Assembly (NCBI GenBank): GCA_951406725.2
Contig: OX597831.1
Location: 10,168,001-10,232,000 of the forward strand
Length of the DNA: 64,000 bases
Source: Octopus vulgaris
Lineage: Eukaryota
Reading direction: 5' to 3'
Shown here: positions 1-10,688 of the stretch, one piece after another
Layout: each line of letters opens with the position of its first letter
How positions within the stretch are numbered: position 1 is the first letter of the stretch
Notes under the pieces: generated by a model
The model's database searches: none
What the model saw: only the letters and a program-made list of their open reading frames with translations
What the model was told of the DNA's origin: nothing
Position numbers and translations under genes: made by a program

Positions 1-199
1 AATGATATTCAGGATTGAAACACAGTTATATTTTTCAAGATGAAAGAAGTGCGGGTGTGTCTTAACATTGGACATATTCCATGCATAGCCCTTGTTTCCA
101 TGCCTCAAGTTACAGGTATTAATTCCAAAGCGTATCTGGATATTATTCAGAGGAGACATTTTAATATGACCATCATTTATTTCACTGCATATCAAGAGA

Positions 200-1140
200 G
201 CACATACTAACATTCTGAAAGACAGACCATAATTTTTATCGGGTCCAGTCGTGTTAATGGATGGATTGTGTTTTTCGTCTGGGAGGTAGCCATTGTTCTT
301 TTCTTAGGATATGATTAGAGACAACACTACGATGAGCCGACTTATAAAAGCCTGGTAGCAAGTTTCCTGTTCGGTGAGGACAGAGTGCAACTCTTTGATT
401 AGGATGAGAAACCTTGAAATGATGAGATCCCATTGACCAGGTTTACAATCGTTATAGTCGGAGAATGATACAAATGAAAGCATTTTGCCATTTTTACGCA
501 ATTTATGATCTCCCTGGACCACTGTTTACAGAAGTTCAATGTTGACAGAACTTGGTCCTTCGAATCGAGAGCAATCTCAGAAAGAAACGATGCTATTCGA
601 AACATCTTTGGCATATCCGAGCACTTAAAATGTCATCTCCACACACTGAATGAATATTCTTTGCTGATTCTATTGTTCGAAGCGTCGTTGTCTATTTCAC
701 ATGCTCATTCCCAGAAACAAATATACAATCTTTTTATATATATATATATAATCAACATAAACGGTGGCTTCAGGAAACTGGAGATGTTTATTTGCCTAAT
801 ATAAGTCATTAGGTTTACATTTAATATCAGCAGTGTTCAAAGTATTTTTTCTTGTTTCGGATAAACTGTTAGGACCACTTTTTTCTCATTTTTCTGCAAT
901 TTGATTAAGGTTTTCCTGTGCCATGGCGTGCAGAGGTTCAATATTGATAGAACCCCGTCCTTCGGATCGAGAGGATTCTGAGAGAGAAATTAGTTTCCCG
1001 AACAAAACTTGTGAAAACGTCGTTGGCATGTCCGCACATTGAACACGTCTTTTTCACACACTAAATGAATATTTATCACCGTTTTCGTTGCTGAAGAACG
1101 CCTTTTTTGAATTCATAGAGCATGCAGTGCCTGATATTGG
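200..1140 (-). pseudogene. Decayed mariner (Tc1/mariner) transposase relic with two tandem N-terminal HTH segments
   Basis: The minus strand reads IRHCMLYEFKKG...VRTCQRRFHKFCSGN (about 1135-990). It reads NIHSVCGDDILSARICQRCFE again at about 660-595. The DNA of about 535-660 and about 935-1075 is visibly homologous. There are many stops and frameshifts. Confidence 0.7.
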
Positions 1141-1792
1141 TCGGATCTAATTGCATTGTAAAAGGATAAAGTTAAAACGAATTATATAACCAGAAATATA
1201 CTTCACAATGTTACAATCAATGCTTATATCATCGTAAGTATTGAAAAAGTACCCTAAAGTCATCACGATATTCCAGTCTCAAGTCAGATCAGATGAAGCA
1301 ATTAAGAATTCTATTTGTAATTAGAACCTTGCAGTAGCCAGAAGTGTTGATTTAATTCAGTGAAAAGTTACGTGCTTTTCATATGAGAATGCTTCAACAG
1401 TGCTACAAGTATTCATTCAAAATACTATTCCTTTTAATGTTAGAATAACACAAATAGAGCATAAGCCTTTTACATAGACAATACCTGGCTTTAGTAATCG
1501 ATTCTACAAATCGAAAATTCCACTCCTCGTCCATAATATTTTACATTCGGATTTTTGTATATTCCACGTGGAAAGATTTTTTTTAACCTTTGTAGCAGCG
1601 AAACAAACACAAGTCAGCAAATACGGATATTTAGTTAAATTTCAAACAATTAATTTTGTTGTATTTTTTTTACAGGTAAACGTAATAACAATCTTCAGCA
1701 GTTGTCATATTCGCATATCATCATGAAATTTTTCTATTATATGACCTGGGTATATTTTAAATGCACTGTTCACATATATTTAAGTAACAACT

Positions 1793-1840
<48 letters not shown>

Positions 1841-1841
<1 letters not shown>

Positions 1842-2052
1842 CAACAAGAAATGCAGCACAAAGTTTTGTCAGTGAACATGCCGCGGACTCAAAGCGGCGA
1901 AAAATTTTGACAAGGTAAATTTGAATGTTGAAGTGAATCTAACGGTTTTTGTGTGTTTCTGAAATGGCTTATAAACACCTTCTACGCTGCAATTGTTTTC
2001 GTTCCAGCACACGATCTCAGATCAAGTCGCTCGCTATGCAAGTACATCTCCG
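1841..2052 (+). mobile_element. Short non-coding element between (TA)n tracts carrying an HHR-like motif (Penelope-like pLTR remnant)
   Basis: About 210 bp of complex sequence bounded on both sides by TA microsatellite. It contains the motif at 1866-1913. Confidence 0.55.
1866..1913 (+). ncRNA. Minimal hammerhead-like motif, G3-C8 variant
   Basis: ttgtca-GTGAACA-t-gccgc(ggactcaaa)gcggc-GAAA-aattt-tgacaa. Stems I and II pair perfectly. The core differs from CUGANGA only at positions 3 and 8, which pair with each other. Confidence 0.55.
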
Positions 2053-2053
2053 T

Positions 2054-2074
2054 AATATATATACTTATATATAC

Positions 2075-2107
<33 letters not shown>

Positions 2108-2127
2108 TAAATAAATATATATATATG

Positions 2128-2182
<55 letters not shown>

Positions 2183-2243
2183 TATATATAAAGTTAATCC
2201 AAACAAGAAAACACAAAAAACACAACGCGAGGACGTGGAGCAA

Positions 2244-2319
<76 letters not shown>

Positions 2320-2330
2320 ACATATTCATA
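2054..2330. repeat. (TA)n microsatellite cluster interrupted by a 55-bp element end
   Basis: Direct reading. The insert 2192-2246 is the reverse complement of the end of the element at 3330-3385. Confidence 0.95.
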
Positions 2331-3245
2331 TAAATGTGCATGTTTGGGTGTGTACATATGTCCATGTGTGCGTTTGTGCGTGTGAGTGTGGGGTAGTACA
2401 GAATAAAAGATCGATTAAAATAAGATTAAATCTGATATACATTTTATATTGTCGACGCCAATAAATTCTATTGTTGATAAATGCATGCACAGTCATTCAT
2501 ATAACATCTAATAGAATAAATACGCACAAAGTAGATACCCGATTAAGCTAATTATATAATTATACATTATATGGGTTTTGAATGAATAGATAGAGAAACG
2601 CACATGGAATCCTTCCATTGTTTATACAGATAGTCATAGAAATGTCTTTTTTAATCATGTGAATGCAATGTTGTAAGCGTATCTCCTTACATAATCGTAT
2701 ATCTTTTTAAATGCTTATATATGTGGATCTATCTATAAGTAAGTATATATATATATACAAATATATACATATAAATACCTATTTATTTTCATATATATAT
2801 CATATATATGTGCGTGTGTGCATGTGTGTATGTGTGTGTGTGTATGCATGTATATATATATATATATATGTATTTGTATATATTTTTAAAGATAAACAGT
2901 GATATGAAAATATAGATATGAAACTTGCCTGCAATTCACGTTGTTCGGCGAAAGTAACTGAAAACGTTTATAAAGATTAGAATATAATTATCATCAAAGG
3001 TAAGTTCCGTATGTTCAACACTAGCCAAATGCTTAAATATTCAATGCATGCAAAATATGGAAATGTATTTGTTATTTAGTCCCAGGCCAAACAAATTCCT
3101 GGACGGACTTCTTGAGTGAAGGAAGGCATTGTGTGTCTGAATTTATATTCATTTTACATGTTCTTGTTTGCATTGGCGCCGCTGACAGAGAGTAAAACCA
3201 TGTGTCAATTCACCAATTCATGTACAATGCACTAACAAAAGTAAA

Positions 3246-3523
<278 letters not shown>

Positions 3524-3665
3524 ACATATACTTATATACACACACATATATATAATTGTATTTTGGTGGCGTCATGTTGCATTTTTAGGCAATGAAACAC
3601 ACACACACACACTATATTTTCGTTGTTCATTTGCTTCAGTTTTATTTCATATTAATTGTATTTCG

Positions 3666-3708
3666 GACAGAGTTCTTTCGTCACACTTCTGTGACCTCAT
3701 CATTGGTC
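3666..3708 (-). ncRNA. Degenerate hammerhead motif (C3A)
   Basis: Minus strand: gacca-ATGATGA-g-gtcaca(gaag)tgtgac-GAAA-gaac-TC-tgtc. Confidence 0.5.
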
Positions 3709-4924
3709 TTTTGATTTCTTCTTTCTTTATTTTATCTCTCCTTCCTAACGATCTGCCATTTGGTATTCCTGTTGTATGCGTCTTTACTTGCGCTTGCGTA
3801 TATCCCTGTGTGTGTGGGAACGTGTATCGTACATGTCTTATCAGTATCTCATGCTTATTAATTTAATTTAATTTATTTTATTCATAAATTCTTTTTTGTA
3901 TTAATTTAATTTAATTTAATTTAATTTAATTTAATTTATTAACCAGCTTTAGGCAGCGCCCTCCTAATGTTTAAATGACAATATCATCGGTTTCTCAGAA
4001 ACACTCTTATTTTGGTGGCGTTACACCGTATTTTATTATGTTATTATGTTATTTCAGCAGAAGCAAATGGGAACAATTTATTTACATTCATTTATTAGTC
4101 CTCTCATTCTAATTCGCTTATATATGGTGAAGTCTAAGCTTAGCCTATCAGGACATTAGAAACAAACAACGGGCGTCTGCCACACACGTCGACATATTTA
4201 AATCAGTGCTAAGTAGTATGACTAATATCATTCATATTCGACCCTGCTTGCTGTTTCTTATTAATGCCACAACACATTTAACAGATATTTATGTTATCGC
4301 GAATACCATGTAATCTTATCTATATATATATATTCCTTTAGAAACATAGGTTTGTAGAAACTATGCATATATAAGTACTGGTGTACTGCTTGTGTTAATC
4401 ACTCGCATAGTTTTCCCACCTCCATACCAATTTTACAGAAACCTTCACATAAACTGTATGAGATAGAAATTGCCAACATATTAATTACACTCACGTCATA
4501 GATGACCCTTTGCTTACCTGAAGCATTGACTATATATTCGATTCCTGAGACATTTATTACACATTCGACCAGTATGTCAGACATTATCTACACATCTGAC
4601 ACTCGTTAGCCTTTGAAGGAAATTGCATATGATTTCAACTTCCTTGGTCAGAAATTACACTCATTACAAGTTTCTGAAATAGTAATTTCCTAAACGTCAC
4701 CTTCCTGAAAAAGTCGTTCATAAATCTTGAGACAGTCAGTGTCTGCGCAGTGTTTATGGCAGAAATAAATTGTGCTTTCATATGAGCTTATTTATATTAA
4801 CACTTTAAGTCAGCGGTGGAGTATCTGCTCCTACTATGTCGTGGTGGATCAACATTATGAAAATTGCAAAGCCCCCTCGAATTTCACCATACATTATTAA
4901 AAGAAAATGACTAAGTACAAAGTT

Positions 4925-5585
4925 TACAAGATGAGATCAAAGGGTTCTCGGACTAGTTTTGTTTAATAAAAAATAACACAATTGTCTATGTTTTAAAATC
5001 ATTTCCTTCGAAATAGTCATCTTGCGCAGCGATTCTGCCACTTCGGGTATCCGGCCTGAAAGTCGTTTTCCGTAAGCGACTCGACGGCCTTCAGCAATTT
5101 ACACTGGATCACGACAATTGTGTTAAAACAGCGACCTTTGAGATGGATTTGTATGATGGAAGAGATAGAAGTCCGCCGTTGCTAAATCCAACTACAAGGG
5201 CGGCTGAGAAGCAACATCATTTTGCTTTTGGCGAAAAACTCACGAATGCGATGAGTTAGGTGAAAAATCTAAGTGTTCACGCTCTATAGATCCGGTTGCT
5301 TCCGCCGAATGTCATCGATCAAAGGCTTGAAAATGTTGCTGTAGAACTCTCGATTGACTGCCTGACTCTACGAGACGAATTCTTGATGAACAATACTACA
5401 TTGGCGGGGTTGACGCTCGTGGCACGCTCTACAGAGCAGTCATAGACTTCCATGAACCTTTTTCTGCTTTCGAAGAACATGTGACACTCGAAACAGTGCA
5501 TACGACCCATTGCCTCATCGCGTATACTTGCTGAAGCATGATCAATACCTTCCTAAGTTTAAACCAAAAGTTCACGTTGGCTCAT
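4925..5585 (-). pseudogene. Internally deleted mariner transposase relic
   Basis: Minus strand fragments are RANVNFWFKL..MLQQVY..EAMGRMHCFE, SIVHQEFVS*SQAVNREFYSNIFKPLIDDIRRKQP, QPPL*LDLATADFYLF (YSPDL-like) and HLKGRCF...DFQAGYPKWQNR...DYFEG. Confidence 0.8.
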
Positions 5586-6218
5586 ATACAAAAGTGTTTG
5601 ATCAAATGGAACACGAGCCGGACACGAAGCATCTATACAATTCACCTCCATCCACTGTAAGCATGTAATCCCAACAAAGACAATACATTTGGTATTGCAC
5701 CTCTAGATATATTTTGCCATAATAATATGCCTTATTCAACCTATGATAATTTTCCTCTCCAAACGCAAGATTTAAATAATTTGTGACATGTTTCCCACTA
5801 TTCATAGGAATAACATTTACTTCGTTACTTGTAAATAATATATATTTTGATGTTTAAAATGGGTGTTGCCATAGTCTTCACAGACACACTCAGAACAGTG
5901 ACCTCTAAGCAGTTGACGTAGATCCCGATCAAACAAATGAATATTCATAAATGGTTCGGGGGTCTAAAATAGATAAATCAAGATAGAATTCCTGTCCTCT
6001 CGCTATCCCTAGTGTAAAACTCCTACACAAGATGCATACTTCGGAGTTGGAGAAGAAAATATGTCTTTAACCCATTTTTTGATACGTGTCTGTGCGTGAC
6101 AATGAATGTGAACATGTGCGCGTTTCAAGGACCACATTGTACTTCAGAATATAACAGCAGATGCAGTGATCGATCAATACCCACTTTCTGCTTACATTCG
6201 CTTTGCCACATAGCATGC

Positions 6219-6291
<73 letters not shown>

Positions 6292-6633
6292 GTATATGTG
6301 TATATCTTTCTATCTATCTATCCATCTATCAATCAATCTACATATATATATATATACATATGTATGTGTGTGTGTATGTATGTATATGCACACACGTACG
6401 CAAACACACACACAAACATATGTATATATGCATAAGATTATTGCAGTTTCGTTGATGCATTCCCAGTTGTGTATGTGCGATAAAATGTGTTTCAAATAAT
6501 TTTGAGCAGTGCCAGGAGGTACGAAATGTCAATGAATTAATACACAAAGTAAATAACTTGTATTATCAAAGAATGGTTTTCCTATGATATTTTGCAAAAT
6601 GTTTCAGAATTCAAATAAACGAAAGGAAATAAA

Positions 6634-6679
6634 TGCTTCGGAGTCTTTCGTTAGCTGCAGGTAATTCTTCAGTGTCGCA
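6634..6679 (-). ncRNA. Hammerhead-like motif with intact core and weak stem I
   Basis: Minus strand: tgcgaca-CTGAAGA-atta(cctgcagc)taac-GAAA-gac-TC-cgaagca. Confidence 0.4.
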
Positions 6680-6885
6680 TACTTTTCTGGATATAACTCG
6701 AAAACGTTTACTTGACTGCTCATCTGCAATTCCTAAATGGATTGCAATAATTTAACTTATATACATGCAGTTACACACGTATATATATATATATATATGC
6801 ACGTATTTGCATGCATGTGTATGTGCGTTTATGTGTGTGCGTGTGTGCGTGTTGCATTCCTCTGGCTTGGCAAAATCAGATACTG

Positions 6886-7069
6886 CAAAGGGCCGGCCTT
6901 TTCACATTCTGTGTCACGCTGAATGTCCCTGAGAACTACATTATTGGTAAGCTTGTCTGTGGAGTGCTCAGCCACTTGCCACGTTAAATTAAGGAGTAGG
7001 CTGTGTTGCTCTGTTCCGTTGATCGGAGCAACTGGAACTCCCGTCGCCGTAACCGACGGAGTGCCACCG
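6886..7069 (+). mobile_element. SINE family C, 3' half
   Basis: Homologous to 24900-25066 (caaagggccggcctt...gagtgctcagccactt...ccgacggagtgc). Confidence 0.85.
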
Positions 7070-7177
7070 TATATATACACATATATATACATACACACAT
7101 ACATACATACATACATACATATATATTTATAAATATATAATATATTCTCGTATATTCCATCTTCTGTCTTTTATTTG

Positions 7178-7224
<47 letters not shown>

Positions 7225-7277
7225 CATACATATATCTGTATACACACGCACGTACATATATACATGCATATATGTAT

Positions 7278-7700
7278 ATATATATATATATATATTCGTA
7301 TGAAGAATGTCCAGAACAAACACATTAATTTCTATATATTCTCAAATTTGTTCATTAATTGGAGGATACAGTCTCTATTTCTACTAAAGATATTTTGTGA
7401 CTGTGAACTTCGATTGAACTCCAAGAACCAAGTTACCCGACGGAATTAAAAGTAGTCGAATTATTGATCAGTTATTAAATATTTCTCTTCGATACCATCA
7501 GTAAAGCAACAACTTCAGCCACCTTACAAACATCATATATAGTTTTCCTGAATGTACTTAATAGTTTCCTGTACTCATATAGATTTCCTGGATATACATA
7601 AAGCGAATAGAATTTATATATAATTAAGTTTCTTAATAAATTTGTAATTGACTGATTGGTTGAGAAGTTGTATAAGCATCTACATAATATTTCGATCACA
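7278..7700 (-). mobile_element. Probable decayed pLTR-like element (CCAAT box, degenerate HHR, tail, then TA tract)
   Basis: The minus strand has caaccaatcagtc (about 7650-7662), then ctgatggtatcgaagaGAAAtattta (about 7475-7501), then about 200 nt ending at (TA)n. The order matches 61480-61875. Confidence 0.35.
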
Positions 7701-7727
7701 ATCCTATATATAAATGACATGTATATA

Positions 7728-8472
7728 TCCTTTTTCGATTCTAGGCACAAGGCCTGAAACTTGGGGGGAGAGAGCCAGTCGATTAGATCTACCGCTGTAC
7801 GCAACTGATATTTAATGTTCTACCCTGAAAGGATGTAAGGCAAAGTCGATCTCGGCGGGATTTGAACTCTGAACGTAAAGACAGACAAAATACGTATTTC
7901 TTTACTACCCACAAGGGGATAAGCATACAAACGGATTAAGTCGATTATATCGACCCCAGTGCGTAACTGGTACTTATTTAATCGACCCAGAAAGGATGAA
8001 AGGCAAAGTCGACCTCGGCGGAATTTGAACTCAGAACGTAGCGTCAACGAAATCCCCATTTCTTTACTACCCACAAGGGGCTAAACACAGAGGGGACAAA
8101 GAAGGACAGACACACGGATTAAGTCAATTACATCGACCACAGTGAGTAACTGGTACTTATTTAATCGACCCCGAAACGATGAAGGGCACAGTCGGCGGAA
8201 TTTGAACTCAGAACGTAGCGGCAGACGAAATACCTATTTCTATTTCGTTACTGCCCACAAGGGGCTAAAACACAGAGAGGACAAACAAGGACAGACAAGC
8301 GGATTAAGTCGTTTATATCAAACCAAGTGCGTAACTAGTTCTTAATTTATCGACCCCGAAAGTATGAAAGGCAATTTCGACCTCGGCGGAACTTGAACTG
8401 AGGAAGTAACAGCAAACGAAACACGGCTACGCATTTTGCCCGGCGTGCTTAACGATTCTGCCAGCTCGCCGC
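7728..8472 (-). mobile_element. Head-to-tail multimer (4 units) of tRNA-derived SINE family A
   Basis: One tRNA-like head (ggcgagctggcagaatcg, about 8470) is followed by four copies of the body gagttcaaattccgccgaggtcgactttgcctttcatcc...aagtaccag, spaced about 160-190 bp apart. Confidence 0.9.
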
Positions 8473-8999
8473 GTTATGATATGTATACATCATTATAGGA
8501 CTTGTTTGAATTTCATACACGGCTGGGAACGTGATCAGGCTAAATTTATTCTCTGGTTACAAGCTTAATTGCTAATCTTCACGGTAGAATTTATTGCCTT
8601 TCATTCTTGAAGCAATATCTGTGTAGTGTTTCGATTGGGCAACATCAAAGTGACCCAATCAAGTCAATTGTAGCGATTTCGAGGAATTTAACAGGATATT
8701 ATTCATAGATAAATCGTGCGTGACACAAATGTGTTTCATTACTTAAGATATAAACGCCGTGTGATTTTTCTGTTCTGCTAATGGTCAAATATATGCAACA
8801 CGTTCCAGTTCAGTGGGCAGGGGACACGTTTTTTCCTCAAAAACCCAGGCTTGAACGACACTATTAGATACACTGAGTAGGGTACTACGCCACCCCGGCA
8901 TCAGCGTCACAAAATATATGAACTTGGTTTTGTTTTTTATGGGAGATTCTAATATCATAAGTACGTAAAAAGCATTCCAACATTTTAAAGCCTTTCAGA

Positions 9000-9241
9000 C
9001 ATTGCACTCGCGATCGCGAGATCATGGTTTCAAATCATAGACCGGGTGGTGCATCGTGTTTCTAAGCAAAACTGTTCATCTCGTATTGCCCTGCGATCGT
9101 TTCGATACCTGAGGCAACGTCGAATTGATTGAGAGAGTGTGCTAGTGTAATTCATATACATTTAATCACTATAGACAAATCACTTGCGCAGGCCGTTCGG
9201 CAGAAGCAGAACGCTTTATCGTAGCCTTCAACGGAGAGTCC

Positions 9242-9243
<2 letters not shown>
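9000..9243 (+). mobile_element. Diverged tRNA-derived SINE (family C-like head)
   Basis: gcactcgcgatcgcgagatcatggtttcaaatcatagaccggg resembles the head at 24720-24770. The 3' end acggagagtc abuts a TA tract. Confidence 0.6.
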
Positions 9244-9278
<35 letters not shown>

Positions 9279-9282
<4 letters not shown>

Positions 9283-9502
9283 GGAGTTTAAGAAAAATAA
9301 CAGAAAACGAAGACAGTTGGTGTACAAAACAAACAGATGTATTAGTATAGCGCTCAGGAATAGAAAACGTCTTTTACGCTTCGAGCCTACGCTCTTCTAG
9401 AGAAAGGGGCACAGAAAAAACAAGGAAAGAAACAAGGAGAGAAACAAAGAGAGAAACAAGGAGAGAAAAAAATGTGTGTAGTGCCTAACGATCTATCATG
9501 GC

Positions 9503-9506
<4 letters not shown>
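9279..9506 (-). mobile_element. TA-flanked element with degenerate HHR (9371-9406)
   Basis: Close paralogue of 31650-31790. Minus strand reads cttt-CTCTAGA-a-gagc(gtag)gctc-GAAG-cg-TA-aaag. Confidence 0.7.
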
Positions 9507-9555
<49 letters not shown>

Positions 9556-9608
9556 TACATATATATATATATCTATAAAATAATATGTTACATTTACTCA
9601 ATAGTCAA

Positions 9609-9669
9609 GATAAAACTCTGAGTTTCAGATGCGGAAGTGGAAATCCACAACACCATCTCTTCGGTTATC
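9609..9669 (-). ncRNA. Hammerhead-like motif (U4C)
   Basis: Minus strand: gataa-CCGAAGA-gatg...catc-t-GAAA-ctcagag-TT-ttatc. It has a 5-bp stem I and a near-palindromic stem III. Confidence 0.55.
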
Positions 9670-9940
9670 TGTATCGTGAGGAACATTTTAGTAACGCTTT
9701 CAGTCTTTGAGACTTTTTCTACTTAGAGTAAAACATGATAAATAATTAAATTGTGAAAATATTAAATGAAATAACACATCTCTGAGCGCGGTATAAGCAG
9801 TTGCTGCACGACACCGTGAAGTACATTTGCCACTTAAGTGTGCCTAACTCCTATTGTTGGATGCTACTGTAGCTTGTAGCCGTAGGAGAACACCTCCTCC
9901 AGCTGGATATTGACATCCTTTCCGTCTTCAAACTATGAAA

Positions 9941-9985
9941 CACACGGACACGAGTTTCTGGTTACTGACCCATCATCAGCGTGTG
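9941..9985 (-). ncRNA. Canonical-core minimal type I hammerhead ribozyme
   Basis: Minus strand: cacacg-CTGATGA-tgg(gtcagtaa)cca-GAAA-ctcgtg-TC-cgtgtg. It has a perfect 6-bp stem I, the full core and a GUC cleavage triplet. Confidence 0.8.
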
Positions 9986-10131
9986 GCAATCACATCACTG
10001 GTTGCCGATGTAAAGTAGGTTCCCTTTGCAAATATATATCCTTTTTTCAGTGACGAAAATCACTTTTCATGGACAATGGACGTGATTTGAGATAAAAAAG
10101 AGAAGAGAAATGAACGAGTGATGAATAAATA

Positions 10132-10617
10132 TTAAAACTATATTCCTTGGAGCGTAGGCGGGAAAGATATGTCATAATATACATCTGGAAGATCCTGGAG
10201 GGACGTGTCCCAAACTTTGGCATCGAGAGTTACACAAATGCCAGAACTGGGCGCCACTGCGTGGTGCCTAGGACTCCAAATTTGCCATCAAGATGTAGGA
10301 CAAGATACTGTGATAGCGTGGGCTTCCGTGGCCCACAGCTCTTCAATATCCTCCCGAAGAACCTGAGAGACCTGCATGGGGTGGATGGAGATGTCTTTAA
10401 AATGGAACTGGATCTCTTCCTGTCAGGTGTCCCAGATGAACCAACTTCACGCCAGGAGGTGCAGATGAGGGCAGCTGCATCGAACTCTCTCATGCACCAA
10501 ATGGCAGTTGCTAAAAAGCTTTCGTGAAGTAAAACCAAGTAGCAACACCAAATGGCGGTGCCCCAGCATGGCCACAGCTCATGAGCTGAGACTAGAATCA
10601 ATCAATCAATCAATCAA
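10132..10617 (+). mobile_element. 3' fragment of a CR1/L2-group LINE (ORF2 C-terminus, 3'UTR, (ATCA)n tail)
   Basis: Reads LKLYSLERRRERYVIIYIWKIL...RGPQLFNILPKNLR...FKMELDLFL. The stop is at 10527 and the tail aatcaatcaatc is at 10596-10617. Confidence 0.85.
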
Positions 10618-10644
10618 ATATATAGTGCGTGGGTAAATTTGTGA

Positions 10645-10688
<44 letters not shown>

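Noticed and set aside
7728-8472. CRISPR-like repeat-spacer array
   Set aside because: The units are long SINE bodies without unique spacers, the context is eukaryotic and there are no cas genes.
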